Below are positions 1 to 8,791 of a stretch of 64,000 nt of DNA, in pieces; positions within the stretch are counted from its first letter, which is position 1; the number at the start of each line of letters is the position of its first letter. Below the pieces are notes generated by a model. It was not told where the DNA came from. It searched no databases and worked only from the letters and a program-made list of their open reading frames with translations. The translations under genes were made by a program, and so were the position numbers. This stretch comes from a virus (taxonomy: Duplodnaviria > Caudoviricetes). The stretch covers positions 1,134 through 65,133 of IMG/VR virus record IMGVR_UViG_3300044825_002173, one strand, 5' to 3'.

Positions 1-707
1 CCGCAAAGAGCAATTGAGTTGCGAATGAAAGTTGAGTCGAATGGACCTTCTGTGATGTAAACAGTTTGATCTTTTTTGATTTCATCGAGACCATATATTT
101 TTGGGGCATAATCATCAAGCATTACGGTAATATATTTAATCTTACTAGGACCAAGTGCTCTACCTTGAAATCCTACAAGAGTATTTTGATAGAACAGAGG
201 AATAATAATCCTAGGTTCATCTTTAAAAGTATTATCGAAGACTTCTTTAAAAGAATTAGTCCACGACTTAAATTTTTCGGCGTAATAATAGTTATATGGG
301 TTTAATTTTCTCTTTACCAAATACTCATTTGTACCAGAATTTTCTGATGCTTTTGGTAAATTTAATTTTGGTTTAAACTTTGGTACTTCAAAATTAAACT
401 CCGGTTCATCTACTATAAAATTTTTACCAGTTTTTCCATCCTTAAATTTTTCAAAAGTATATTGCTTATAGATTGTAGGATCTAATTGCTTAAGAAAGTT
501 GTTAAAAGAAATATTAATTCCACAATTATGACACTTAAAATTTGTATTGTTTTTTACTTGATACAAATATCCTCTTGCTTTATTTTTATTTTTTTGAGAA
601 TCACCACAAATAGGACAACGAAAATTGTAGAGATTGTGCTTTACTTTTTTAAACTTTTGAAATCGCGTAGAAATCAAATTGATGTACTTTACATCAACAA
701 AATCCAT
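1..707 (-). CDS. gp61: DNA primase (T4 gp61-like), N-terminal part; runs off the window edge
   Basis: Manual translation from ATG at 707: MDFVDVKYINLISTRFQKFKKVKHNLYNFRCPICGDSQKNKNKARGY, with the gp61 zinc finger; TOPRIM motif ITEGPFDS near positions 35-60. Not in the ORF track. Confidence 0.93.
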   Translation of the reverse strand, partial: MDFVDVKYINLISTRFQKFKKVKHNLYNFRCPICGDSQKNKNKARGYLYQVKNNTNFKCHNCGINISFNNFLKQLDPTIYKQYTFEKFKDGKTGKNFIVDEPEFNFEVPKFKPKLNLPKASENSGTNEYLVKRKLNPYNYYYAEKFKSWTNSFKEVFDNTFKDEPRIIIPLFYQNTLVGFQGRALGPSKIKYITVMLDDYAPKIYGLDEIKKDQTVYITEGPFDSTFIRNSIALC

Positions 708-731
708 AATCAAAAATTAACCTGTTGATGT

Positions 732-760
732 ACTCTACATGACCTACCCAATTTTGTCAA
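732..760 (-). promoter_or_regulatory. sigma70-like early promoter for primase
   Basis: TTGACA (760-755), 17-bp spacer, TAGAGT (737-732), about 25 bp upstream of the primase ATG. Confidence 0.65.
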
Positions 761-851
761 GACAAAGTGACGTGATTATTGCTGTCCATTTAACAACCGA
801 GTTCGTCGCTTTTTGTATGGTGTAGAGAGTGATTTTCTTTTGAGTTTTCAT
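744..851 (-). CDS. small hypothetical protein (35 aa)
   Basis: MKTQKKITLYTIQKATNSVVKWTAIITSLCLDKIG*; fills the gap on the coding strand; short and uncertain. Confidence 0.35.
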   Translation of the reverse strand: MKTQKKITLYTIQKATNSVVKWTAIITSLCLDKIG

Positions 852-873
852 TGGCGTTAATGCCAACACTCAA

Positions 874-1221
874 TTATTTATTTCTAACTTGATGAATAAA
901 AGAATTTATAGATGAAGATATTACGTTATTAATAACAGGAAGAAACAATAAAGCAAAAGCAACTACTCCTGCTGCCATCCATCTAAATTTAAAAAGTTCC
1001 TCTATTTTAACTTCTATTTTTCCAACCTTCTCGCCAATATTGATGTCTTGCTTTATACATTGATCAAGTCTCTCATCATGGACTGCAAGCATTTTGCAGA
1101 TATTTTGATTTGTTTCACTTAAGGTTTGAATGGCGGCATCTACACGCTCTACCATTTCCTCGTGAATTTTTACTCTTTCTTCAAGAACTGCAACTTTTAT
1201 TTTTGAGTCTTGACCGAACAT
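874..1221 (-). CDS. hypothetical coiled-coil protein with a C-terminal transmembrane helix
   Basis: Heptad-like N-terminal region followed by hydrophobic WMAAGVVAFALLFLPVI. Confidence 0.75.
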   Translation of the reverse strand: MFGQDSKIKVAVLEERVKIHEEMVERVDAAIQTLSETNQNICKMLAVHDERLDQCIKQDINIGEKVGKIEVKIEELFKFRWMAAGVVAFALLFLPVINNVISSSINSFIHQVRNK

Positions 1222-1226
1222 TGCTC

Positions 1227-1454
1227 TTATGGGGTTGATTTTTTTCTCTTTTTAATTAAATCAGTTCTATAAAGAGGTGGTAATCTTCTTGCAACTCCAC
1301 TTCTACCATCAAATTTTATTTTTTTTGATCTTCCAGCAGTTGGTCCTTCAGCAGGTGATGTTTCTCCAAATCCACCAGAACCTCCAGGAGAATTTGCTGT
1401 CATCATCTCTTCTCTTATTATTGAGATAATCCAGTCAAGTTTCTTCTTTTCCAT
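1227..1454 (-). CDS. hypothetical protein
   Basis: 75-aa ORF in the minus-strand operon; IIREE followed by a Gly-rich, basic tail. Confidence 0.65.
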   Translation of the reverse strand: MEKKKLDWIISIIREEMMTANSPGGSGGFGETSPAEGPTAGRSKKIKFDGRSGVARRLPPLYRTDLIKKRKKSTP

Positions 1455-1827
1455 TGTAGATTTTATAAAGTTCTCCTAAACATTGTAAGTCAACTTGAAT
1501 ATCGTGAATTCCAGTTTTTGGATATTCTGGAAGTTTATTCAAAAAAATAATAAATGATTTTAATATAGACCACAATTCTTTTTCTATTTTAAAAAATAAC
1601 ATAGGTGTTGTTGCTTCACCAAAAATATTATAGAGAATAATAAAATGATTTAAAATCAGATGAATTTTAAGTTCACCTGATTTTTTATATCTTTTCAACA
1701 ACCTTTTAATATACTTGAAATGATTTAAATCTTTTTCAAAATCCTCTTTTGTTACTGCTTGAGGGTTTTCATAATTTTTAATGGCAAATAAGAGAAAATT
1801 ATCCTCATTCAATTCATTGAATATCAT
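1435..1827 (-). CDS. conserved T4-like phage hypothetical protein
   Basis: LNEDNFLLFAIKNYENP...DLNHFKYIKRLL...LILNHFIILYNIFG pattern, recognised from T4-like phages. Confidence 0.8.
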   Translation of the reverse strand: MIFNELNEDNFLLFAIKNYENPQAVTKEDFEKDLNHFKYIKRLLKRYKKSGELKIHLILNHFIILYNIFGEATTPMLFFKIEKELWSILKSFIIFLNKLPEYPKTGIHDIQVDLQCLGELYKIYNGKEET

Positions 1828-1833
1828 TTAATA

Positions 1834-2595
1834 TCAAGCAAAAGGATTTGAATCATATAATGGAGTATTTCCAGTAGTAATTCCAGACATTGCAACTAGA
1901 ACTTCTTTTTTCACTCTCAAATTGCCTTCAGAATCCTTATAAGTTTGAATACCAACCCATCCCGAATGAGTCAATTCGTAAGTAGTGGTTGCAGCATCAG
2001 CAAGTCCAGCATCAGCAACACCATAGATAGATGCTTCATAACCACCACTTATTCTATCGAAATTAATGGCATTACCAGAGGTAATAGAAGAAGCAATAGT
2101 AGAAGCAAGAGAAACCGTTGTTGATGCGATTGAAGTAACAACTTTAGAAACACTTCCGCTAACTAAAGTATCACCAACTAAAATACCAGTTGTACTTGCA
2201 ATTGCAACAACATTAGTTCCAACACCAGAGGTGGCAGCTGCTGTGGTCGTTACAACAGTCGTTGTTTCAGTTGGATCAGTGAATATCTGTTGATATCTCT
2301 TGTCCTTGATAGTGTATTTTGGAAGTTCGCTAATATCAAACTGAACTCCAGAAATAGCAGCACCACTTAATCCACAAGTTCTTCCAATTGACAATTGAGT
2401 TGTACTTGCAATACCAACGATTACGGCATCGCCATAATAAGTCCCTGCTCTATCACCAAATCTAATTACATCTCCAGTGGCAGCAGCTCCAACTTGACCA
2501 AAAGTTGTTCCACTACCAGTTACAATAAGGGTATCATAATCCAGAGATACTGTTCCACCAGATCCTTTAGCATCATTATTTCCCCAGAGTGCCAT
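1834..2595 (-). CDS. putative virion structural protein
   Basis: MALWG start, Gly/Thr/Ser-rich beta-type composition, HSGWV...KEVLVAMS C-terminus, upstream late promoter. Confidence 0.7.
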   Translation of the reverse strand: MALWGNNDAKGSGGTVSLDYDTLIVTGSGTTFGQVGAAATGDVIRFGDRAGTYYGDAVIVGIASTTQLSIGRTCGLSGAAISGVQFDISELPKYTIKDKRYQQIFTDPTETTTVVTTTAAATSGVGTNVVAIASTTGILVGDTLVSGSVSKVVTSIASTTVSLASTIASSITSGNAINFDRISGGYEASIYGVADAGLADAATTTYELTHSGWVGIQTYKDSEGNLRVKKEVLVAMSGITTGNTPLYDSNPFA

Positions 2596-2629
2596 GTCTT
2601 TCTTCCGTATAAAAATTACTTGATAATAA

Positions 2630-2637
2630 TATTTATA
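2630..2637 (-). promoter_or_regulatory. T4-type late promoter TATAAATA
   Basis: Exact gp55 consensus 35 bp upstream of the ATG at 2595. Confidence 0.75.
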
Positions 2638-2650
2638 AAAAAGGAGACTA

Positions 2651-2815
2651 TTACTTTTTGTCTCCTTTGTGTAAAACTATTCTTAAAAAATTAGTTGTTA
2701 AATCTAATAATCCATTCTCTTCAAATTTTTTTGTTTTTGCTAACCACTCAGAGGCAGTTAGTAACAGACCAAGAACAATAGTTACTCCCCAGTTAGTTAC
2801 AAAACAAGTAATCAT
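2651..2815 (-). CDS. small membrane protein (54 aa), possibly holin-like
   Basis: MITCFVTNWGVTIVLGLLLTASEWLAKTKK...; ATGA overlap with the upstream ORF; below the ORF-track cutoff. Confidence 0.6.
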   Translation of the reverse strand: MITCFVTNWGVTIVLGLLLTASEWLAKTKKFEENGLLDLTTNFLRIVLHKGDKK

Positions 2816-2985
2816 GCTTGTGGTGTAAAGAGTTTGTCTTTAACTAACTCAAGAACTACATCATCAATACTATTGTCAGTTGATTTTACATATTTGGTTA
2901 AAAGTTCAACAACAAGATTTTTAACTGCCGGATGAGTCGCAATTGAAATAAGAAGTGGTTTTACCACTGCTACTACTGCACTCAT
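2812..2985 (-). CDS. small hypothetical protein (57 aa)
   Basis: MSAVVAVVKPLLISIATHPAVKNLVVELLTKYVKSTDNSIDDVVLELVKDKLFTPQA*, with a GGAGG Shine-Dalgarno. Confidence 0.75.
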   Translation of the reverse strand: MSAVVAVVKPLLISIATHPAVKNLVVELLTKYVKSTDNSIDDVVLELVKDKLFTPQA

Positions 2986-3039
2986 GATGTCCTCCGTGTG
3001 AAGAGTATCCTGTTCTATTTAGATTTAATTATTTTAATT

Positions 3040-4947
3040 TTAGATTTCTTTCACGAGAAGATGACGAGTTGAAACTTCTTCATCAACAAGTTCACCATTT
3101 AATTCATAAGAAGAAGAAAGTGATTGCAAATTAACTCCTCTTTGAGCAGCAATTTTTTGTGCTTGAGATAACTTTTGTTGAGCAGTATCAACATTTTTTC
3201 TTGCAGTTAAAACCTGACTAATTTGACTTGTGTTTTTTTGTTGAGATGATTTAGGTTCCTGTGTTTTTGGCTGAATAAGTTGTGCTGCCACTGATTGTTC
3301 TTCAATCTTTTCAATCATTTTAGAAAGAAGTGATTCTCTAATTGCTTCCTCTTTAGTTTGAACTTTTTTAGGAAGTCCTTCATGAGATGTCTTAGCAAAA
3401 TCACGAATTTTCTTTTCACTCATTGAATCAACAATGTTAAGAACTTCAGCACTTACTTCAGATCTTGGAGTTTCTCCTCTCTTTACAGAAAGAGCAAGTC
3501 CAAAAATCCTTTGCTGTTGCTTACTTTCTGATTTTTCAGAAAGTTGCAACTCCTCTTTTGTTAAACTTTTTAACAATTCATTTGCTTTTTTACGTTTTTC
3601 TGCTCTTTCTTTTTTCGCCTTTTCTTTTGCATCAATTTGTGCTTTTACATCCTCAACCGATGGACCACCTTTTCTTCTACGAGCACGACGTGGGTTTTTA
3701 GGTCCATCAGTTTTTATTGTCGTAGTTTTTACTTTTGGATTTGCTTTTGGTTTTGGTTTTGGTTTTTCTGGTGCAGATTTACCGACTCTAGGATTTTCTG
3801 ATGTTCCTTCAGATGATTTTGGTTTTTTAGGAGTTACATCTTTTACAGAGACTTTTTTAACTTCCGATTTAGATGGTTTTGGAGATCCTGCAACTTCAAT
3901 TTTTTTACCAGCACCAATTCCTCTGCGAAGACTTGGTGCTCTCGTTCCTGTCTTAGAATGAACTTCACTTGGTTTTTCTGGATTTTCTGGTTTTTCAACT
4001 TTCGTTTTCTTACCAAGTACTTTTTGAAGACCACGCTTTAATTTAGATGCAATTCTAGATAATAATCCAGGTTTTGATACAGAAGTAGAAGAACTATCAG
4101 ATACTTGAGATTGAGATTTTTCAGATTTGCCATGTCTACCTCTTTGGTATCCACTCGATACTTCTCTACGTAGTGCTTTTGCTCCTCTTACGGCAACTCC
4201 AGCAGCATATCCAGCACTTTTAGCAAGTGCTTTTCCCACTTTTTTAATAGCAGACTTAACTTTTTTAAGTCTGTCTTCTTTAATGGTAGTATCAGTATCT
4301 ACAGATTCACTTATGATTTGAGATGATACCTCCAGAGATTCTAAAAGAATATCTTGAATTTCTAATACATCATAACCTTCTTCAAGGCACTCTAAAAATA
4401 CTTCTTCTACGACTTGTTCGATCAAATTGTCGCTGAGAAAAAATATTTCAGATTCTGAAAGATGATCAAGAACTCCTTCAAAATCTTCTATTTCAGAAAA
4501 TTCTAAAAGAGTTCCTCCAAGATTTTCAATAGACTCTCTCATTCCATCACCAAGATCAATAGATGGATTGATGGTAATTTTATTTTCTACTTTCTTTTCA
4601 ACAACTTTTTCTGATTTTTCAATCTTATCAATTACTTCATATAAATCATTTCTCCAATTTGAGAAACCTTCCTTGATTTTTTTCTTTTTCTTAAACTTAC
4701 CAGAAACTTCTCCTGGTTCATATCCAATACCATCATCATCATCATCAAACCACTTCTTAATTTCTTTCGCTTCTTTTACCTTTTTTCTCTTAAACTTACC
4801 AGAAACTTCTCCTGGTTCATATCCAATACCATCATCATCATTATCCCACCAACGTTTTACTTTTGGTTTTTTTGCTTCATCAAGTTGTTGCCCAATAACT
4901 TGATTGAAATAAAGGTCAGTAATATCGTTTACAATATTATTATCCAT
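3040..4947 (-). CDS. modular late protein: duplicated DxDxDG peptide, acidic helical module, long basic region, DUF3008-like module
   Basis: 635-aa ORF; the segment SKQQQRIFGLALSVKRGE...MSEKKIRDFAKTSHEGLPKKV resembles DUF3008. Confidence 0.75.
   Translation of the reverse strand: MDNNIVNDITDLYFNQVIGQQLDEAKKPKVKRWWDNDDDGIGYEPGEVSGKFKRKKVKEAKEIKKWFDDDDDGIGYEPGEVSGKFKKKKKIKEGFSNWRNDLYEVIDKIEKSEKVVEKKVENKITINPSIDLGDGMRESIENLGGTLLEFSEIEDFEGVLDHLSESEIFFLSDNLIEQVVEEVFLECLEEGYDVLEIQDILLESLEVSSQIISESVDTDTTIKEDRLKKVKSAIKKVGKALAKSAGYAAGVAVRGAKALRREVSSGYQRGRHGKSEKSQSQVSDSSSTSVSKPGLLSRIASKLKRGLQKVLGKKTKVEKPENPEKPSEVHSKTGTRAPSLRRGIGAGKKIEVAGSPKPSKSEVKKVSVKDVTPKKPKSSEGTSENPRVGKSAPEKPKPKPKANPKVKTTTIKTDGPKNPRRARRRKGGPSVEDVKAQIDAKEKAKKERAEKRKKANELLKSLTKEELQLSEKSESKQQQRIFGLALSVKRGETPRSEVSAEVLNIVDSMSEKKIRDFAKTSHEGLPKKVQTKEEAIRESLLSKMIEKIEEQSVAAQLIQPKTQEPKSSQQKNTSQISQVLTARKNVDTAQQKLSQAQKIAAQRGVNLQSLSSSYELNGELVDEEVSTRHLLVKEI
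4689..4841. repeat. perfect 54-bp direct repeat, period 99 bp
   Basis: 4689-4742 is identical to 4788-4841; encodes DDDGIGYEPGEVSGKFK twice. Confidence 0.95.
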
Positions 4948-6238
4948 TAGAATAAATGCTTTCTTTTATTTTTCTATACTTATTTATGAAATTGACTCCA
5001 TATGCCTTTCCACCATACTGAAGATTTTCTTTTCCTGTTTCAATTGCTCCAGGAGTCTTACTTGCATAATGCTTAAATGCACCTAAAGTTCCTACAAGTG
5101 TATTTGGATGAGTTTTATCTCTCATTGGACTATCCATTTTAACTTCAGTATATTCTGTTAAATCTTTAATCCAAGACTTAAACATATATCCTTCTTCAGT
5201 TACACAGATTAGATGATTGGTTCCTCTACGCATTACTTCACCAATCAATCCAGTATTTAAATTTTGTATTTTATCTCCGATCTTAAAAATTTTACCAGTT
5301 ACATAATTTTCACGAAGATTTTTCATATCATATTTTGGAGCAATCTCCCAAAGATTATAACTTTCTTTTTGGACTTTTGTTTTCTTAATTTTCATTCCTT
5401 GACGAACTTGATCAAACAATGCTTGAGTTTCAGCATCATCTAATGTTTTTGGTGTTCCTCTTCTAAAAGTTGCAAAGTCATTATCCATTACTGCTTTTCT
5501 CATTTTAGATGCAGACATTCCCATCACACCTTCCGCATCAGCATCTCTAACTCCAGCAGAAATTACACGAATTAAATCAAAGTTGTAAAGATCTCCATTA
5601 TACTTTTGAGCAAGATTTTCAAATTCTGACTGACGATCAGATCCACATACAATATTTACATTTGCATATCCTTCCTCTGCGGCAGTCACTAATACATTGA
5701 ATATTGTTTTCATATCAGGATCATCAATAATATTGTCCTCGTATTGAGGAAACATTTTTCTCATATAATGAATTTTAACTTCAGGACTCAAAGGATTTTT
5801 TTTCGGATCTTGAGTTCTAGAAGGATATATTTTTAAGTCTCCACCAACTGATACTTTTTTTGCCATGTTAAAAGTCTTATCATGCCCAATTGTCGGTGGA
5901 TTAAATCTACCAAATACAATAGTGAGAGTACCACCTTCTTCCGGAACTTCTTCTTCTGGTGCTGGTGCTTGAATTCTTTGAGAAGCAGGTACTTGCGCTT
6001 TTGTTGATTGTGGTTGTGAGGTTACAGGTGCTTGTACTCCTTTTGCTTGTGCTGATGGTTCTTTAGATGCTTGTCTGCCATCAAGAAATACCAACTTTCC
6101 ACCCTCAGTTTTTGCGACCATTTTACCGGAGCGATTCAACCATCCACCATGACCATCACCAGTTAATCCTAGTTTTTTGGCCTGTAAGGATGCTTGAGAT
6201 TCTCTTGCTTCGGATAAAAATCGTAAAAAATTTTTCAT
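4940..6238 (-). CDS. cyanophage-type cytidyltransferase (HxGH nucleotidyltransferase superfamily) with N- and C-terminal extensions
   Basis: FGRFNPPTIGH, CGSDR and SASKMR motifs. Confidence 0.88.
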   Translation of the reverse strand: MKNFLRFLSEARESQASLQAKKLGLTGDGHGGWLNRSGKMVAKTEGGKLVFLDGRQASKEPSAQAKGVQAPVTSQPQSTKAQVPASQRIQAPAPEEEVPEEGGTLTIVFGRFNPPTIGHDKTFNMAKKVSVGGDLKIYPSRTQDPKKNPLSPEVKIHYMRKMFPQYEDNIIDDPDMKTIFNVLVTAAEEGYANVNIVCGSDRQSEFENLAQKYNGDLYNFDLIRVISAGVRDADAEGVMGMSASKMRKAVMDNDFATFRRGTPKTLDDAETQALFDQVRQGMKIKKTKVQKESYNLWEIAPKYDMKNLRENYVTGKIFKIGDKIQNLNTGLIGEVMRRGTNHLICVTEEGYMFKSWIKDLTEYTEVKMDSPMRDKTHPNTLVGTLGAFKHYASKTPGAIETGKENLQYGGKAYGVNFINKYRKIKESIYSNG

Positions 6239-6286
6239 ATAATTGTTTTTATATTTTTATTTATTTTTATCGCTTTTTTATATTTA

Positions 6287-6359
6287 TGGAGATAAGGGGG
6301 CACGATCCCCTAACCCCCAGCTTGCAAAGCTGGTGCTCTACCAATTGAGCTATATCCCC
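6287..6359 (-). tRNA. trnA: tRNA-Ala (anticodon UGC), CCA not encoded
   Basis: GGGGATA/TATCTCC acceptor stem with G3-U70; D-arm AGCTCAATTGGTAGAGC; anticodon arm CCAGC-TTTGCAA-GCTGG; T-arm AGGGG-ATCGTGC-CCCCT. Confidence 0.93.
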
Positions 6360-6369
6360 AGGTTTAAAT

Positions 6370-6407
6370 ATTATAAAACCCTCTCAACTAAAAAGTCAAG
6401 AGGGTTA
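6370..6407 (-). promoter_or_regulatory. sigma70-like promoter for the tRNA, overlapping a hairpin
   Basis: TTGACT-N18-TATAAT; hairpin AACCCTCTTGACT-TTTT-AGTTGAGAGGGTT probably also terminates upstream transcription. Confidence 0.7.
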
Positions 6408-6429
6408 GAGCAACCTTCCGATTTATTTA

Positions 6430-7587
6430 TCAACCACGAGAAGAATCAAGAATGTTATTTCTCCAATCTTCACTCATGTTAACCATGATTGCTTCTGCAG
6501 ACTCAACACTATCAGCATATCCTTCATCAAGAAGATGCTCAAGAACCACATCATAAAGATCAAGAGTTTCAACTTCTTCAATTAAATATGACTCTACTAA
6601 ATTAGAGGTTTGATCATCACACAAATTCTCAATTAGGTCGTATGCTTCATAAACATTGTTCACATATCCATCATTAATCAGGTCTTGAACTAAGATATCT
6701 AGAAGTTCAAAACTCTCTGAAGCAGTAAGTCTTGCTTCTCTTTTTTGTGCTTGTATTCTGGATTTTTTGGTTTTAAAAGTACCAGCAGGTTGTCCTTGTT
6801 GAACCGTTTCGGATGGACCAGATCCAGAAGCTGCTGAAGCAAGTTTAGCAGCTGCTGCTTTTCTTCTATCTACGGAAACTGTCTTAGTTTTTGCTGCAGG
6901 AAGTGCCGGTCTCTCTTTTCCAGGTTGTCCAATTCTTGGATTTGCTGAGGTTCCAACTGGAGATGCTTTAAATTCACTAGTATCTCTTCCTCTAGAAGCA
7001 GCTGCTTGGCGTCTAGCAGCTCTTCTCATTTCTCTACCAGTTGTTCTTGCTTTTGCTTCTCTTGCAGATTGTCCACTGAACTCTTTCTTAGCAGCAGAAG
7101 CACCTGCTTTAACTGCACTGCCAACTCTCTTAACTAGACCAACGATTTTTTCTTTAGCAGACTTAAGTTTACCACCAACTTTTGCAGCACCACCTGCTGC
7201 AGCAGAAACTGCTCCAGCACCTAGTGTCTTTGCTCTTTCTCCTGCTCTTTTTGCAGCACCCTTAATTCTTTCCATTCTTGCTGTTCTTCTTTCAGAAGCT
7301 TCAGCAGATCTCTTTGATTTAGTGGTTGATTTATTATATGCTTTTGCTTCTTTAGAACCTGCAGGAGCATATGGATTCATTTCTAAAATGAGTCCTTCAA
7401 AAACTTGAACACATTCAGAAAGTTCTACACCTTCAGAAAGAATTTCTTCCATTACTTGATCAAGTTCATTGTCACTTAAATCATCAATAAAAGAAAGATC
7501 TTCTTCGATAGAAATATCATCACGAAGTTCTTCATCATAAACAGCAACATATGCTTCACACAAACCTCTAATCTGTTTTGAGTCCAT
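6430..7587 (-). CDS. late hypothetical protein: acidic ends with LLDEGYA module, Ala/Lys/Arg-rich core
   Basis: 385-aa ORF; TATAAATA at 7615-7622; paralogous modules in 25162..26232. Confidence 0.8.
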   Translation of the reverse strand: MDSKQIRGLCEAYVAVYDEELRDDISIEEDLSFIDDLSDNELDQVMEEILSEGVELSECVQVFEGLILEMNPYAPAGSKEAKAYNKSTTKSKRSAEASERRTARMERIKGAAKRAGERAKTLGAGAVSAAAGGAAKVGGKLKSAKEKIVGLVKRVGSAVKAGASAAKKEFSGQSAREAKARTTGREMRRAARRQAAASRGRDTSEFKASPVGTSANPRIGQPGKERPALPAAKTKTVSVDRRKAAAAKLASAASGSGPSETVQQGQPAGTFKTKKSRIQAQKREARLTASESFELLDILVQDLINDGYVNNVYEAYDLIENLCDDQTSNLVESYLIEEVETLDLYDVVLEHLLDEGYADSVESAEAIMVNMSEDWRNNILDSSRG

Positions 7588-7614
7588 TTGATAATTTTTA
7601 TATTTTCTATGGAT

Positions 7615-7622
7615 TATTTATA
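7615..7622 (-). promoter_or_regulatory. T4-type late promoter
   Basis: Exact TATAAATA. Confidence 0.75.
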
Positions 7623-7630
7623 AAATAAAA

Positions 7631-8044
7631 CTATCCACCTCTTCCTTTTGTGCCATAAGTTCTTCCAGATCTTGCAATATTTGTTCCTCTTCCTCCAGCA
7701 GTTCCTTTCTTAGCATATCTGTGCTGAGTAATTACATCCGGTTCCGCAGGAAGATCTGTTCTTTGAACATTGCTGGTTGTTCCAACTCTACTTGCAACAT
7801 CTTTTGGTTTTGATGCATAACCACCAACATATGAATTTGGTTTCGTCTGTGGTTTTGGTTTATCGCTAGTAGCAGCTCCTATTTTTGCCTGAGTTCCTGC
7901 TTGAAGTTCGCCCGCCTGAACATTTAATTTCTTAAATGTTTCCATATCGCCTTTTTGCATTGCTTGTCTTGCCTTTGCTCTTAATGCTGCAATTTGAGAA
8001 GAAACGTTTTCTGCTTCAGCAATAAACTCCGAAAAAGTTTTCAT
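7631..8044 (-). CDS. putative internal head protein
   Basis: Likely start ATG at 8044: MKTFSEFIAE resembles the T4 IPII/IPIII capsid-targeting sequence; basic body. Confidence 0.75.
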   Translation of the reverse strand: MKTFSEFIAEAENVSSQIAALRAKARQAMQKGDMETFKKLNVQAGELQAGTQAKIGAATSDKPKPQTKPNSYVGGYASKPKDVASRVGTTSNVQRTDLPAEPDVITQHRYAKKGTAGGRGTNIARSGRTYGTKGRGG

Positions 8045-8075
8045 TACACCTAAACACTTTTTAGTATTTATCAAA

Positions 8076-8585
8076 TTAAACCAATTCCATTGGATAATGC
8101 TCAGAATCTATGTTTATAGTTTTTTTCTTTTTTTTCTTTGCTTCGTTAACTGGAGCAAGAGCAAATAATCCAGGATTTTTTTCTCCAAATTTTCTTACGA
8201 TTGTTCCTGCAAGTCTATTTGCTTCATTTTCTGTAGGACTTCCTGCCTTACCACTTCCATGAACTCCATAACTATGTTGACCATAATGAGTAAGTTCATG
8301 CGCTAATGTTCTTAGAATATCCATAATCTGACGACCTTTAATAGAAATCATAATACGATTATCTTTAATCTGACCAAATGCTGCAATTCTTTTTGCAAAC
8401 TTAGGATCATCAACAAAATGAATTTTTGGTAGTTTTTTGATTTTTAATTCTTTTTTTACAAAAGGAAGAAAGTTATGAACTATATTTTCAAATTGTTTTG
8501 TTGATATTCCTTCTGCAATAAAAGACAGTGAAATGATGAACATCTCACTGTCTCTTTGAAGTTTTCTCCACTCAGAAAAATACAT
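8076..8585 (-). CDS. putative zincin-like metallopeptidase
   Basis: LRTLAHELTH (HExxH) and downstream ENEAN motif. Confidence 0.7.
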   Translation of the reverse strand: MYFSEWRKLQRDSEMFIISLSFIAEGISTKQFENIVHNFLPFVKKELKIKKLPKIHFVDDPKFAKRIAAFGQIKDNRIMISIKGRQIMDILRTLAHELTHYGQHSYGVHGSGKAGSPTENEANRLAGTIVRKFGEKNPGLFALAPVNEAKKKKKKTINIDSEHYPMELV

Positions 8586-8605
8586 TGTCGTTTTCTAAGT
8601 ATTTA

Positions 8606-8791
8606 TTATTCTCCAACTACAAATTCAATTCCATCATCAAGTTGTCGAATCACTCCACGAATATCAGTTACACGAGGAGGAACACTCACTTCATCATAAG
8701 TATATCCTTTTTGAGAATCAAACAAAACTTGACGAACTGCTGCGGCACTACGAGCATCAAGTTTTAGAGTTACTTGTTTTTCTTTAGTCAT
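8606..8791 (-). CDS. small hypothetical protein
   Basis: 61-aa ORF with ATGA coupling to mazG. Confidence 0.7.
   Translation of the reverse strand: MTKEKQVTLKLDARSAAAVRQVLFDSQKGYTYDEVSVPPRVTDIRGVIRQLDDGIEFVVGE

Noticed and set aside
66-728. Plus-strand ORFs 66..305 and 486..728
   Set aside because: They are antisense shadows of the primase gene, which the track missed because it runs off the window.
3434-3961. 175-aa hydrophobic plus-strand ORF
   Set aside because: It is antisense to the Lys/Pro-rich region of 3040..4947; the Phe/Gly richness follows from AAA/CCA codons on the other strand.
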